64,000 nucleotides of DNA, taken from contig NC_043000.1 in assembly GCF_006345805.1 (NCBI RefSeq), forward strand, positions 50,964,001 to 51,028,000, read 5' to 3'. The DNA is from Octopus sinensis. Lineage: Eukaryota. This document shows positions 26,304 through 40,002 of this stretch, one piece after another; position 1 is the stretch's first letter, and each line of letters opens with the position of its first letter. The notes beneath the pieces are model-generated. The model was given only the letters and a program-made list of their open reading frames with translations, was not told where the DNA came from and made no database searches. The position numbers were made by a program, and so were the translations under genes.

Positions 26304-26545
26304 AAGGCAGTGAGCTGGCAGAATCATTAGCATGCTGGACGAAAAGCTTAGCAGTATTTTGTCTGCCCCTACATTGAGCGGTATTTCACCGCCAAGGTCA
26401 ACTTTGTCTTTCATTCTTTCAGGGTCAATAAATTAAGTACCAATAAATTAAGTCAATAAATTAAGTATCAACTGGAGTTGATGTAATCGACTTATGCCCT
26501 CCTGCCAAAAATGACCACTCTTGTGGCAAAATTTGAAACCATTAT
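26304..26545 (+). mobile_element. Family A SINE with internal triplication of caataaattaagt
   Basis: aaggcagtgagctggcagaatcattagcatgc head. The caataaattaagt block occurs three times in tandem within ~26426-26468. Confidence 0.8.
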
Positions 26546-26666
26546 TGTTATTATATATTACAAATTAAAAGCAGCTACTTTTAATTTGTAATTCAGTTTA
26601 CTGCCACGTGTACATTATCATGGCATATCGTAAAATAGTTTTCAAACTGTTTATATATAATTATAG

Positions 26667-26767
26667 ACGAAGGATTCAGTTTGTCTTCAGTTCAATTCAT
26701 GTGTGGTCTTGGTAAACCACAATAACAGTGAAATATCGGCATCTAGCATTCTTCGGTCCTACTCGAG
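26667..26767 (+). other. Candidate exon or alternative first exon in a CpG-retaining patch
   Basis: ttatag|ACGAAG...CCTACTCGAG|gtgagt with several CpGs. One frame is open across 101 nt (TKDSVCLQFNSCVVLVNHNNSEISASSILRSYS). An internal TTG|gtaaac donor would give DEGFSLSSVQFMCGL. Confidence 0.3.
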
Positions 26768-26825
26768 GTGAGTTGTCTCACCTGCTCTATAACTTTCAGG
26801 TATTTTAACCTCTGTGAGGGGAACA

Positions 26826-26865
<40 letters not shown>

Positions 26866-27034
26866 TATATATACAATGGTCTTCTTTCAGTTTCAGTCTA
26901 CCAAATCCACTCAGAAGGCTTTGGTCAGCCCGAGACTATAATAGAAAACACTTGCCTAAGGTGCCGCACAGTGGGAATGAACCCAAAACCATGTGGTTAG
27001 TAAGCAAGCTACTTACTACACAGCCACTCCTGCA
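26866..27034 (-). mobile_element. tRNA-derived SINE family B, 5' half
   Basis: Reverse complement of gcaggagtggctgtgtagtaagtagcttgcttactaaccacatggt...gtagactgaaactgaaagaag, matching the copies at 50237 and 53539. Confidence 0.85.
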
Positions 27035-28081
27035 CATATATATATATATAATATATATTATCTATCTTTCTATCTATATATACATCTGATCTTCCTCTTC
27101 TACTTATTGCTTTCATATCACTTTTTCATCTGGGTTCTCCTCTATCAACTTCTCTCTCCTATCATTCTGATATTCTCCTATTTCTCCCTCTTCCTGTAAC
27201 CACACTACTTGTGTGACAGGAGACAGAAATGCATGACTACAGAGATAATGAATAATGAGAGAGAATATGTCCATTTCTCACAGCCACTTATATGGAAAAG
27301 AAAATAACAAACGAATGGATAAAATGCAAGCAAGAAGGGACTCTCTTTAATCATGTCAAGGATGAGACAACGTCATCATGTATAGAAATGTATTTATAAC
27401 ACATACGAATACACGCATATGCACACATGTACAGATACATAAAAACATAGAAATATACACAATGTTATAAATGTCCAAATATGCATATCTGCATTAACTT
27501 TTACTAAAGACTCTTTAGATATGGGGAATGTGAAAGCATTGTGATATTATGTAATACATTATGATCCATTCTTTGCCACAGATTATACTATATTATTAAA
27601 AATACAGGTATACGTTGTTCTACAAAATAACTTATTTAAAAATTATTTCATGTAAAGTCATCTCAATGAAAAGTCATTGGATATATGTATGTTTGTGTAT
27701 ATGTGTATATATGTGTATTTATGTGTATTTATATATATGCATGTATGTATGTATAAGTATATTTGTGAGTATGTATAGGGAGTATGTACTGGGAGCAGTA
27801 AAACAGTTGATAATTGAGTTAGGTATCCTTTCATATTTTGTCCTGTACTTATCTCTCATGTGTTTATATACTTTTACTCATTGGTGATGTCCAGTACTTA
27901 ATGTGTATTTTTTATTTACATTTATATATATATATATATATAATATCAATTATAATCAAGGATAAAATCTATATAGGATTTTATCAAGTAGCTAACATGT
28001 AAAAACGAAATGAGGTAGTTTCCCTTATTATAATTTCATAATTGTTTATATTAAATACTTTGTGTGTGTGTGCATGTATCA

Positions 28082-28480
28082 ATCATCATCATCATCATCG
28101 TTTAATGTCCATCTTCCATGCATGCATGGGTAGGACAGTTCACAGGAGTTGGTCAGCTACAAAAACTACCCTATGCTACTGTGACTGTTTCAGCATGGAT
28201 TTTACAATTGAATGCCCTTCCTAACTGAGTGGACTCATTGCTTTTTATGTAATACTAGCACAAGCGAGGTTAGTTTTGGTATGACTTTTACAGCTGGATG
28301 CCGTTCCAAATGCCAACCACTTTACAGTGTGGACTGGATGCTTTTTATGTGGCACCAGCACTGGCAGGGTCATCAAGTAACTTGCAAGACAAGGAATCAT
28401 GAGAAGGGTAGGGACATTTGAGGAGGGAAAATTGTTTCAGAGGATGAAAGATTAATGGGATAATAAAGAGACAGAGGCAG
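28082..28480 (-). mobile_element. Family C (RTE-tail) element
   Basis: (CAT)n cgtttaatgtccatcttccatgcatgcatgggtaggac and tacagctggatgccgttccaaatgccaaccac blocks. Confidence 0.75.
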
Positions 28481-28587
28481 AAACAGGTGTCTTGCTATAA
28501 CAGAGTGGGTATTGAAGGAGGTGATCCAGTATATATATATATGTATGTGTATATATACATAAATGTGTACTTATTTATATATATATA

Positions 28588-28632
<45 letters not shown>

Positions 28633-29155
28633 ATGTAGTATGTATGCATGTGTGAGTGTGTGTATAGATAGATAGATAAGAATTTAGATTGATAGATAGA
28701 TAGGAAGAAAGATAGAGACAGAGAGAGAAAGAAAATAGAAATAGATTGTCCAAATGAAAAATATGTGTGTGATGTTATAATGTCTAAAGAGACAAGCAAC
28801 AGTAGGAATGTATAAGCCTTGGCTTTCTTTTCATTATTGAAATAAGTGAAGGCTTCAATATAGGTAGATCCTGTACCTTATATATAATGCAATACAGTTT
28901 GTAATTGATACCAAGACTAGATAAATTCAGAATGTAATTCTCAAATATGATAAAGAGCCTGTCATATGAAATCTGACATTTTGTGTAAATTGTTAGAAAT
29001 TGTATTTTCTGTAGTTGGTGTTATATATGTTGCCAAGAAAAATAGAGAGAGACAAAAACTTGGAATCTCTGAAGCTTGAAACATAGAAATTCGAATATTG
29101 TTTTGAAAAAGGAAGATTTAGGTACAGGATTTAGCTATTTTTAGCATAGACTTAC

Positions 29156-29194
29156 TTGCTTTCATGGTTGGACTGATGACCATGGGAGATGTGA
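29156..29194 (-). CDS. Candidate 39-nt symmetric exon, unknown protein
   Basis: aattttatttcag|TCACATCTCCCATGGTCATCAGTCCAACCATGAAAGCAA|gtaagt. The phase 1-1 frame gives xTSPMVISPTMKA. Good splice sites but no homology. Confidence 0.33.
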
Positions 29195-29639
29195 CTGAAA
29201 TAAAATTCAGCTGACAGACATTTGACCAGACAGTAATTATCAATAAACATTCCACTGAGCAAGGCATTCCCTCAGTGTACATTTGACTGAGTTGAGAAAT
29301 GATTGAAGGGACATAGTGGCTAAAGAGATATATGCTTTTAGAAATTTTGTTTATTATTTTTATTTCTTCTTTGTAATTACTTCATGAAACAAAATATGAA
29401 AATGAAAAGATGTGTCACATAATTGCATGATAGGGAAAATCTTTATTGCATATATATTAAAGAATAAAAAGTATAATATTATAATTTGATCTATAATATA
29501 TCTGAGAAAGGAGTAGTCACTTGACCTATTTAAGTAAAAAATAAAGATGAGAGTTAATTTCCATTGGCTAAAAAGTGTTTCCAAGAAAATTACTATGAGA
29601 CAACTGTCTTTCTAGAAAATGAAATTATTAAGAAATCTT

Positions 29640-29930
29640 CGCCACCACCACCACCACCACCATCATCATCAACATCATCATCAGCATCAGTAGCAGCAGC
29701 AGTAACAGCATCCTTTAACATATGTTTTCCATGCTGACATGGGTTGGATGGTTTGACAGGAGCTGGTAGGGTCAGGAGTTGCACCAGGTTCCTTTGCCTG
29801 TTTTGGCATGGTTTCTATGCCCTTCCTAACACCAACCACTTAACAGAATGTTAATGGAACCAGCAGCAGTAGTGTTTTTTTTATTTGGGACCAGCACCTA
29901 CAGGGTCACCAAGTAACTTGCAAAACAAAA
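29640..29930 (-). mobile_element. Family C element with compound (ACC)n-(ATC)n-(AGC)n tail
   Basis: catcctttaacatatgttttccatgctgacatgggttggatggtttgacagg body, preceded by a trinucleotide tract whose unit changes along its length. Confidence 0.75.
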
Positions 29931-32587
29931 ACCTTTAGCTGGGGGAGGGTGAATAGTTGTGAGGAAGATAGTAGTGATTAAATGATAAAACACGTGTGCA
30001 GTAAGTACTGAACTCCCTGCCTGGGTAATCACACAGCAGTATATTTTTTATTTATATGTATATATTTATATTCCTTTATTTCTATGACATTAGGATGAGG
30101 AATGATTCCCTAATGACTAACTTCACAAGTGTCTGTCAAGATATTCTTATAGGAAATTATGAAAGTGGTTTGCTGTTACCTTCTTTGCAAATGTTTTTTT
30201 TTTCATATCCAATATCACCATCTTACCAGCTAGTGGTTTACCATCCCTTCTCAAAATTTAAAGAGCGAGAACAAATTCTACAAACATTTGGTTCAACATT
30301 CTAAGAATTCTGCTATTCCATTGCTCTGGTCTGTTATTTTCTTCTGTTAACTCAAGAAAGATTAAAATTAGAAGATGATCTTAGCAGTATTTGAACTCAG
30401 AATCTAAATGGGCTGCAACAAATACTTCAAGGCATATTGTCCAATACTCTGAAGACTACTGCCAATTCACAGCCAAATTCATTTTTAGTTATTTATTTGT
30501 TTATATGCATGGCTGCATACAAACAGTTTTGTAATAAGTCTTTTGAGTATGTACATAAATGCAAGCTTGAAAATAATTAAGCGCATATTTTTCTCAAAGT
30601 TTTTGAGTAGCACTTAATTTAGCATAGTTTCATATTGCTGTTCACCAAAGACATATTCAGTTTCATGTCTCCTTGCTTCAGTGAATATAGTTTCTTACTG
30701 AATCAATATTTTTTTTGATTTAAAATATCATAATAAATATTTCAATAATATGTTGAGTATTACACAGTTGTTCTTATTTGTACGTGTTTGTTTTGGTATT
30801 TCTTTGCTAGTTCTCTCTGTATATTTTGGGGGAGAGAGGTGATGAGCAAATATAATAAATAAACTTATTTGAAGATTTATTCAACATATCTTCATTTTGA
30901 ATATTGAAAGTTCCCAATTCTTTTTCAAGTAAATGCTATTAGAAGGGAAATATATCTGGAACTATATTGATTAGTTTGAAATCTGCAGTATAATCATAGC
31001 AAATTCTACATTCATGCTATTGAGCGAACTACTCTTCTTTTGTAAGTAGGTCAATGCTTGATATGTTCTCAATGACCCTTGATATATCACCATTTATATA
31101 TGAAATAGCTATATTGAATACATTTGGGATGAAGAGATTGGTTCTATTCTGTTGTTAGATGGGAACATTTCCAAAGATAAATTTCAAGCTATTACTTCTG
31201 TACTAATTTTGAGACCAGAATTGCATTAATATGATTAATTCAAATTTATTAAAATAGTAAATGCAGATATTTATTTATAATTCTGTTATAAATTCAATCT
31301 CTGCTTATACGTATGCAATTTCTATGTAGATTTGATGAGTTAAAAAACAAACCAAGGAATGGTATTATGTTAGACATTTCATTAGTAATTATTTATGCTC
31401 ATAAAAGCAGTACTGACAGGAGTTGTAGAGCATCAGATTAAATATTTTCTGTAATTAATTCCATTCCTTTATGTTGTGAGATTCCATACACTTATGTTCT
31501 ACTTCACCATTCCTACTTTCAAGGTGATAAAATATTATATATGAAGAACATACTTTAGCTCAAACCTTACCCTATAAATAATTGCTTTTCTTTTCAGTTG
31601 TCTACTGTCTATAAGAGCAATTTTGGTGACCGAGTTGATAGAATTATGAACTAAATACATTATAAAATTTTATTTTTCTTCCTTCTGTTTCTAAGTTGAA
31701 AATATGCCTGGTTTGACTATACTTTGTGCCATACTAAAACTGAGCTGACTGTGTGACCCTTCAAAAATTTTACCATGTGCTGATATAAAAGATAAATATC
31801 TATGCTTCTCTTTATTTCGCCAGAGATTAATGAAAATATGCACAGTTTTAGGATAATCATGATCTTAAGAAAATGTCTGTTATTAAATGGAATAATCTAA
31901 GAAAGCTTGATTTTGTATATGTATATTAAATATGTAGAATTTCAATGTCTTAGTGAAATATAAGCTTATCTGTTCATGAATTGAAAGCTTATATTGTTGT
32001 GTTACAAATTAAATATCAGAAATGAGTTGGTTTGGACCAAAACCAATCAAAACTGGATGAAGTCCAGTTGAGAGTAACTCATATAGAACCCAATGCAATA
32101 ATGATTCGTTAATGAAGCTAAAGAATTTGGCTTGGCCATTAAGATTAAAATTTTTGGTATTCTCTGTTGGCTTCCATTTAGTATTTTGATATGATTATCA
32201 ATGATTTGATTGCATAGAATTGAAAATACCAGATAATATACTTCATAGCCATTAGTATTTCAGAGAATTCACCACTCTTGTCCGAGTCATTTCTTAGGCA
32301 ATTTACAACTTGGTAGGGTTCAATTTTTCTGATTTGCTTTTTGTTACAGTAGAACTCGTTTCAAACCTGTGGCTGACTAATGCTGCTGCTGAAGATAATA
32401 ATGATGTTCTTGCTCTTTCATGTAGCAAATTATTAACTAAAGAAATTTATTTCAAAATCCAATGTTGAGGATTGTGCTCAGGACTATTAGAATTATGCTG
32501 GGTGTTAGCTACCAAAATGGATCTCACTTGTTTAGATACAATAATTTACTACAAATTCAATTTTTTCATTTTCATAATTCTTTCCTC

Positions 32588-32898
<311 letters not shown>

Positions 32899-33449
32899 AA
32901 AGAAAAAAATGCTAGTTCTAAAATCTCTGTAAGAGACTAGTGCAGTAGTTGTACTAATGGACTTTACTGTGATTTTTTTAACCCCAAGATGACATCTCCT
33001 CTAGCTGGTTAAGAATGCACAGCTGCATTTGAGATGTTATGAACAGGGGAGCATCAGTCATATTGAATGTGAAAGTTTGTCCCCAATTCTGAATTAAATT
33101 ACCATATATACTCATATACTAGTCACATTATTTTATATTTGATTTTGAAGGGAAAAGTTGGGATGTAACTTATACATAGGGCAAAGCTAAAACTATGAAG
33201 GGAAGGAATTTTGTACAAAGATTTGATACTAGATTTGAGCTGTGACTTATACATGAGTAAACCCAACAATGTACTTGTTTCCTTTTCAAAATATTTAACA
33301 TGAAGTATATCTAAATTGAGAACTTACGGGAAGCTTTTGCTATGAAAGTAAGATACAGAGCTGTCTGTGACGTTACTTTTAATAAGACTTTATTTGAATG
33401 TTACTTAAATAATGTGTGTAATGCCAGAATCTTGAGTCTTTTTTAACAC

Positions 33450-33456
33450 CTATAAA

Positions 33457-33508
<52 letters not shown>

Positions 33509-33551
33509 AATCTATAAACCATATGTATATATATATATATAAATCTATAAA

Positions 33552-33585
<34 letters not shown>
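33450..33585. repeat. Three-copy minisatellite: (aaat)ctataaacc plus (AT)n
   Basis: ctataaacc at 33450, 33512 and 33545, each followed by an (AT)n tract of different length. Confidence 0.9.
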
Positions 33586-33588
<3 letters not shown>

Positions 33589-35753
33589 GGGGCAGTTGAA
33601 GGTGAATGAATATATGAATGTATGTGAATAGTAGTGAATATAGTTTCTACTTTTTTGGGACGTACTAGTGAATATTGGGCAAAAGTTCAAACTGTATTTT
33701 ATTATTGCACAGAATATTTGTATACATCTTTAATTATGATTGAATTTTTACTTTTTTGTTATATCTATGGAGCCTCCCTATGACAACAGTGTACTATTTT
33801 TATATTATTGGCCTCAGACATATGGAATATGAAATCCCTTTCAACAGAGTTTGAACTCCCACTTATATGCACCAATCATGATTCGAGCAACATAATTAAT
33901 CCCATATTTCTACTTCTTCACCAGATCAATTACACTTTAGAGATTATGTAATTATGTGGCACTATGCAATACTTCTAATAACTTCCAAAGCTAATGATTG
34001 TATCCAGCCTAGTTATTAATTATTATTGTTATTGCTATGATTGATTTATTTAGAATATATCACAAATGAGCCCTTTATTAACTCTACCTTGTACGCTTTA
34101 ATGTACAAATAAACAAAGCAAAGAAAGATGTGAAGAACCTCTCAATTGGTCAAAGGAAACTATATCTGTTATTACCATAGAGTTTAATATAATATGGTTT
34201 GTTTTCCACTGGTTCATCTTATTAGGAATTATGTTAACTGCAATTAAAATCAAGCAATTTCATTTGTAATATTGATGTGCTTATAATTATGTTCTCAAAT
34301 TTGATAAGGAATATGAGAAACGTTAGATTTATAAATTATTGTTCCAGAGAAAATAATGTATATTTTGGTCAATTTTCTCTTGATCATATTTTAAGCACTT
34401 ATTACTTCTGACCAGATAATCCACAGGCTCAATATTATTCAAATTACTATAATCTGAGAAATTTGAGGAATTTAATGAAGTTAAGAAGTGAACTCAATGA
34501 TAATGGATCATTTGTGAACTTGATTATGGTTCCTTGCAGGCATTTCATTTATCTATTCTAGACAGGCTTAACAATCATTAAACCAGTCTACTATCAAAAA
34601 GAACTGTTAGAAAGCAAGATATTGCTTGCTATCAGCTAAATTGTCATATGTGCAGGTTGAGGTAAATTATATCACTTAAAAAATGAAATAAAGTAAAACA
34701 TTTTGATTGGCTGAAATTACTTAAGCTAAAAAGTTGAAATATAATGCAAAATTTAAAATGTTAAGCCAATTGTGATTTTATGTGTGCTTAGGCCTAGACA
34801 ACTTGAAGAAAAATGTATAGGAAAGAGAAGAGAGAAATTTGAAAGGTGTTTGGTAATCAATTTTCAATTAGGAATGATGTATTAAATTTGAAATTATTAA
34901 AAAACAATTTATTTTATTATCTATATATTAAAGTGCTCAGATCCAAACTGAAATAATTAGCAGAAAAAGCTCCCCTACAATTATAAATTCAATTTTGTGT
35001 CACCTAAAAGAACATGACTTTTTAAAAATTAATTAAGCACATAGTTATAATCTATATTGTAATTTTACATGTTTAGCTTAGAATGAAATATGTTATTATT
35101 TTCAGAAATAATTTGAAGAAAAGACATTTATTATGTAAGAATATTAAAAGTCATTGGATTTTTATTTATGAAGAATATCTATTTGCTTTGCTCTCAGGTT
35201 AACATTTTTTATGTCATGCTGTCCATTAAAAAGACTACGACATTAGTTTCTGTAGAGGCAATTTTCTTTTGGACTTTTATGACTCATAAAATATGAGGCA
35301 ATTTTAATTTAACCTACTTGATCCTTTGTATTTTAATCATTATCAAATCTAAAAAAATGTAGAAAATTAAGTGAATGTTTTTTCATTTCTTTTTAACATT
35401 GAATTTGTTTATACAAGAAATTCTGGGTACATTTTTTAGTTTTCTTTTAAATTCTAATGACAGCTTTAATTTATAGGTTTCCTCAATTCATGGGAAGTAG
35501 GTAGAAATGGGGTGAAATATCCTGAGCATAGATATTTCAACAGTAATTTCTGAAATTTTATATTACACTTTTATATATATGAAACAACTAAAGTTTGCAA
35601 TTCGCAAATATTAAATAAAGCACTAAGATAATCGATCATGTATTTTAAAAGGCTTGTTCTTGGCAATTGTACATTAAATATATCTCAAAAGTAATCTAAA
35701 TTGATTACATGCTTTAATTTAAAAATACTTCTTATGCATCACTGTTCTTGCAG

Positions 35754-35767
35754 TTGATGTTTACAAG
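35754..35767 (+). CDS. Candidate 14-nt micro-exon with GC donor
   Basis: catcactgttcttgcag|TTGATGTTTACAAG|gcaagt; reads xDVYK. Confidence 0.22.
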
Positions 35768-37032
35768 GCAAGTTACTGTTAATTTATATTGAGTTATTGA
35801 CTTGTTCACAACATTGGATCACCAGTCTTTCCATTGGACAGCTCTGTTGCATTGCCTATCTTGCTTTCAACTTACTTTCTCTGTATCTCTTCACTAAACA
35901 TTGTGTTAAGTAATAAGGTTTCTTTCATTTTCTTTATATAAAAAATTGCTAATACACTGTAGAAGAAAATAATCATTTAGCTCAATAAATGGATGTAAAT
36001 GCTTTGGTTTTTATTAATGTTCGATTTTATTATTTACAAGTGACACATTCCCTCCTGATGTTTTATCTTATAACTGCAAAAGTAAATAAATAAGTAAAAT
36101 ATTGTTATTTTGGCAGAATTCTCTAGCTGTAGAATGATTTTTTTCCTATTTGAATTGAGTTAGTTTATGTAGTTGTCACATTATCTGAAATACTAACAGA
36201 AAATTTATTACATGTCCCTTATGTCAGACCTCTGGGAAATAGATTAAAATTTAGAAAATTATTTTTGTAGTTACACAGAATTTAAAATAAGATCCAGTGC
36301 ACCAGAAAGATATTGTCTTTCCATCTATACAATTTAGCATACTGACAGATATTATTATTCTTATCTTGTTTCACGGGAATCACTGAAAGAATCTATTGTG
36401 TCATATAATTGGCATTACTAAGACTTAAGCATTACTAAGATTTTAGCATTACTGAGTGTTCATTTCAATGAAGTATGCCTAAGAATATTCAAAAGAAGTT
36501 TGGTTCACTTTGTATAAATAAAGTATTTATTTCTTTAAATATTCTATCATTACTTTAAGATGTTTAGAATAATATTTCATACACTTTTTCCCTTTAAGTT
36601 AATTGCTCACACTGGTAGGCAGTTGAAGTGTCTTTATAGTTGGTTATTCTCATATCATGTGATAAGTATGTTCTGTTGTTGGATGTCATTCTCAGCACTA
36701 ACCTAAGAATTACCATAGTTAAACAGAAGGGTGACTTATATGTAGCAAAAAGGATATTAAACCTTTATAGCATTATCATGGTGTTTGTGTGCTCATATTG
36801 AACTAGTTAATGATGATATGTTTTAAACATCTGAGACACCATGGATGGTTTTATCACCATTGTTGTGATGCTGTGGAATGTGTTAGCAGTGTGCATAATG
36901 ACAGAAGCAAACTCATGAATGTTTAACTTTAATATTTGTTGTAGACATAATATATTTTGTGTTGACTATTTACAATGAAAAATGTTAGTAATATTATTAC
37001 TGAGATGAGAGAAGAAAATGCTCTGTCTATAG

Positions 37033-37143
37033 ACGTTACTTATGAGACATCATGTGAATATTCAGAATCAGTCTGTCCAAGATATCTGTGCAAAAGTCTG
37101 AAGCTGTCAGCTCGAATGCTGAAGGTCGTCTGCCTGGCAAGAG
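37033..37143 (+). CDS. Candidate 111-nt phase 1-1 exon, unknown product
   Basis: ctctgtctatag|ACGTT...GGCAAGAG|gtgagg. The open frame is xVTYETSCEYSESVCPRYLCKSLKLSARMLKVVCLAR, with locally higher GC and retained CpGs. Confidence 0.25.
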
Positions 37144-38146
37144 GTGAGGCATGTGAATCAGTCAACCATTCTCAACACTGTTTTTTATAGAGGACAAGAG
37201 GTTAAATTTTAGAACATCTGAATAAGCCACATCATGCCACAACTTCATGCTGATTGGTTGATTTATAAATCAATCACATGGTGGCTCACTTGTTTTGCAT
37301 AATCAAATATCTAGTGGTTAGGGTTCGAATATTTGCTACAGCATCATGCCATGAAGCTTGACCTGTATCTGCTCAATGCCATGTGGTTAAGGAAGAATGA
37401 ATGCATTTCTACTAAACCTGCTAATACATCTGCTAAATATTTAAAAAATTCTTTCATTACACTGGAATAATTGTTTGTTTTGAAATTTCAATTAAGTCAT
37501 TCCTAGCCTATATTTAATACAATTTAATTAAAATATTTTGCAAAAATAATATTTAATATTTTAATACTATGGCTTCTGTTTATGTTATAGTTTCATTCAT
37601 AGTCAGTTATTTTAAGCTCAAGTATTACAGGAATTAAATTTCTCATTGCTCTGTGTTTGTAAAATTGAGAAATACCATATTGTCATTTCAATGTTTACGC
37701 TTTCTCTAAAAAAAAAGTTAACCATAGAGCAATCTAAAATAAATTGATTTGTAAAGGAGTAAAGTTTTAAAAATTAATCTCAATACTTGTGGTGCACAAA
37801 CTCATTTAAAAAAAAACAATTGATAATGAAGAATGTGACATAGCACTTTATTCATTAAATATGTTTTTGAACACAGTATTTGCTCATTTTGTCGCCTTTA
37901 TTCTTATCTCTCTCTTTAAAACGTTAAATGAATAAAGTGGTCATCATCTGTATTGAACTTAGTATTTTTCTTTTCATCTGTGACTATAACTTTCATCAAA
38001 CAGACTCACACTCATAAACTTTTAAACATATCCGAGTAGTTTCTCTAAGTATCAGTTATAATAGTAATAAAATGTTTCAGTCTTAATCCATATAATTTGA
38101 TTAATGATAATTGGAAGGCGATTTTGTTTTGCTCTCTACTTTCAAG

Positions 38147-38161
38147 AATATTGTGCAACTT
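38147..38161 (+). CDS. Candidate 15-nt micro-exon
   Basis: ttttgttttgctctctactttcaag|AATATTGTGCAACTT|gtaagc; open in all three frames (NIVQL in phase 0). Confidence 0.25.
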
Positions 38162-38808
38162 GTAAGCCTGTATTGGTCATAGTATATTTACCATTTCTCA
38201 AAGAGATAAAGAGAACCATGATGACTGTCCATCTAATTGAGAGAGAGATTTTCAGATACAGTGGTACCACATTATTGAAATTTATTTCTTGAATGCTTTC
38301 ATAGTTTTCTTTTGTGCACTTCTTTTACTGAAAATTCCTATTCACAAAGAACTCATATTGAACTATTGATCATGCTGTGGAAATAAAAATTGAATGACTA
38401 TTATGGCTAGTCATGATATCTCATGATTATTATTGGCTCAAAGCTAGGCAGAGATATTTGTTTGTGTGTGTGTATGCATATGCACAAATGTGTGTGTATG
38501 CATGTATGCACACATGTTTGTGTGCATATATGCATGCATGTGTGTATTTGTTGAAATCCAAGTTTCAAGAAATCTTAAATGAATTGACATGGGAAAAAAA
38601 TTGTTTCTTTGACCATCTCTCCTTGATAGCAAATCAGATTTTTAAATATTAAAAAAAAAAATAATTCTTTAAGTTCTTAATTGAATTTGCAAAAAGAAAA
38701 AAAAAGTATGTGAAAATGTTTGAAATAGCAAGTACATTTCATAGTCAAGATACATGCTTTCCTTTATAGGAAAGGTGTGAAGATATATCATAAGAGGTTC
38801 ATATTACT

Positions 38809-39036
38809 TTAACCCTTTCGTTACTGCATCTATTTTGAGATGCTCTGTGTGTCTTTCAATTATTTTAAATATAACAAAGAATTTAGTAAAATAACTTGGT
38901 TATCATTAAGCTAGTGTTAGGAACATAAATTGTGACTAATGTTTGATGGAAGATTTTAATTCAAAACTTATGAAAACAAGACATTTGTACTGAGAGCCAG
39001 AGCCGGTTTCAGCCCGGTTGGTATCAAAAGGGTTAA
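38809..39036. mobile_element. piggyBac-type MITE with TTAA target-site duplication
   Basis: TTAA|CCCTTTCGTTAC ... GGTATCAAAAGGG|TTAA; 220-bp non-coding interior. Confidence 0.88.
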
Positions 39037-39434
39037 GATAGTTTCTTAATAGTTGACTCAGTTGAACTTTCAGAAAATAAAATCATGTCATCATCCATTG
39101 GTCATTGAATGAAACAATGAGGAAGAAAAGATTGAATATGCATGTTTGTGTATAAATGAATGGTTTCAAAGGAAAGAAGTTGTGATACAGAATGGTTATT
39201 GAAAGTACTTATTGCGAAGGGGAGACAGTATGAAAGTGATTAGTGTTAGAGAAACAATTACAATACATAAGTTTACTAGTGCCTGGTAGAAGCAGTGATA
39301 GTAAAGATGAATTTGACAGAATCACAGTTTTTAAAGAATTGCAATGTCTTGATGTGATGGCACAACACACATACACAGAGATTATTTGTGTAATACATAT
39401 GTATTTGGATATCCATCCATCCATCATTCCATCC

Positions 39435-39467
<33 letters not shown>

Positions 39468-39492
39468 TATATATAGATAGATATTTATGTAT

Positions 39493-39539
<47 letters not shown>

Positions 39540-39583
39540 TATATATACCCATCCATTCTTCCATCCATCCAGGTGTGTGTGTG

Positions 39584-39631
<48 letters not shown>

Positions 39632-39679
39632 CATATATCTAAATATACATATATATTTATATATATGAATAGATTGGGA

Positions 39680-39975
39680 TTCCTTGGAGCAGAGTCGGCA
39701 GCTCCTGGAAATGATATTGTATGGTTTTGCTTGCCTTACTATCAACCAAGTTAAGATGTACTTAATTTCATCTTCAGTCACCATACAAAAATGAGCCAAA
39801 GATGTTGAATGTCTCTTATTGACACTTTTGAAGCTGGTGACATGGTTGCAAAAGTGATTCTTAAATAAATCAGCCATCTGCCCATACAGCCCACCCCTTG
39901 TGTGCATGGTACATTTATATACAACATTTTTACTGATACAGAGGTTCGTCAATGGGCATATTGATTTCATGTATT
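39680..39975 (-). mobile_element. Penelope-like element fragment, GIY-YIG endonuclease C-terminal region
   Basis: ORF 39485-39970(-) reads [19 protein letters not shown]...[21 protein letters not shown]...[22 protein letters not shown]. This matches the Penelope GIY-YIG pattern (CPL..C...VVY; H..SF; ST.L; W.I; C.LC..E). The GIY segment itself is degenerate. Confidence 0.8.
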
Positions 39976-40002
39976 AGGTTATTATGTGTATTATCAAGTA
40001 TT

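Noticed and set aside
32350-32470. Strong acceptor followed by a 40-codon frame (xELVSNLWLTNAAAED...)
   Set aside because: No credible donor before the stop, no homology, and a competing minus-strand reading is equally plausible.
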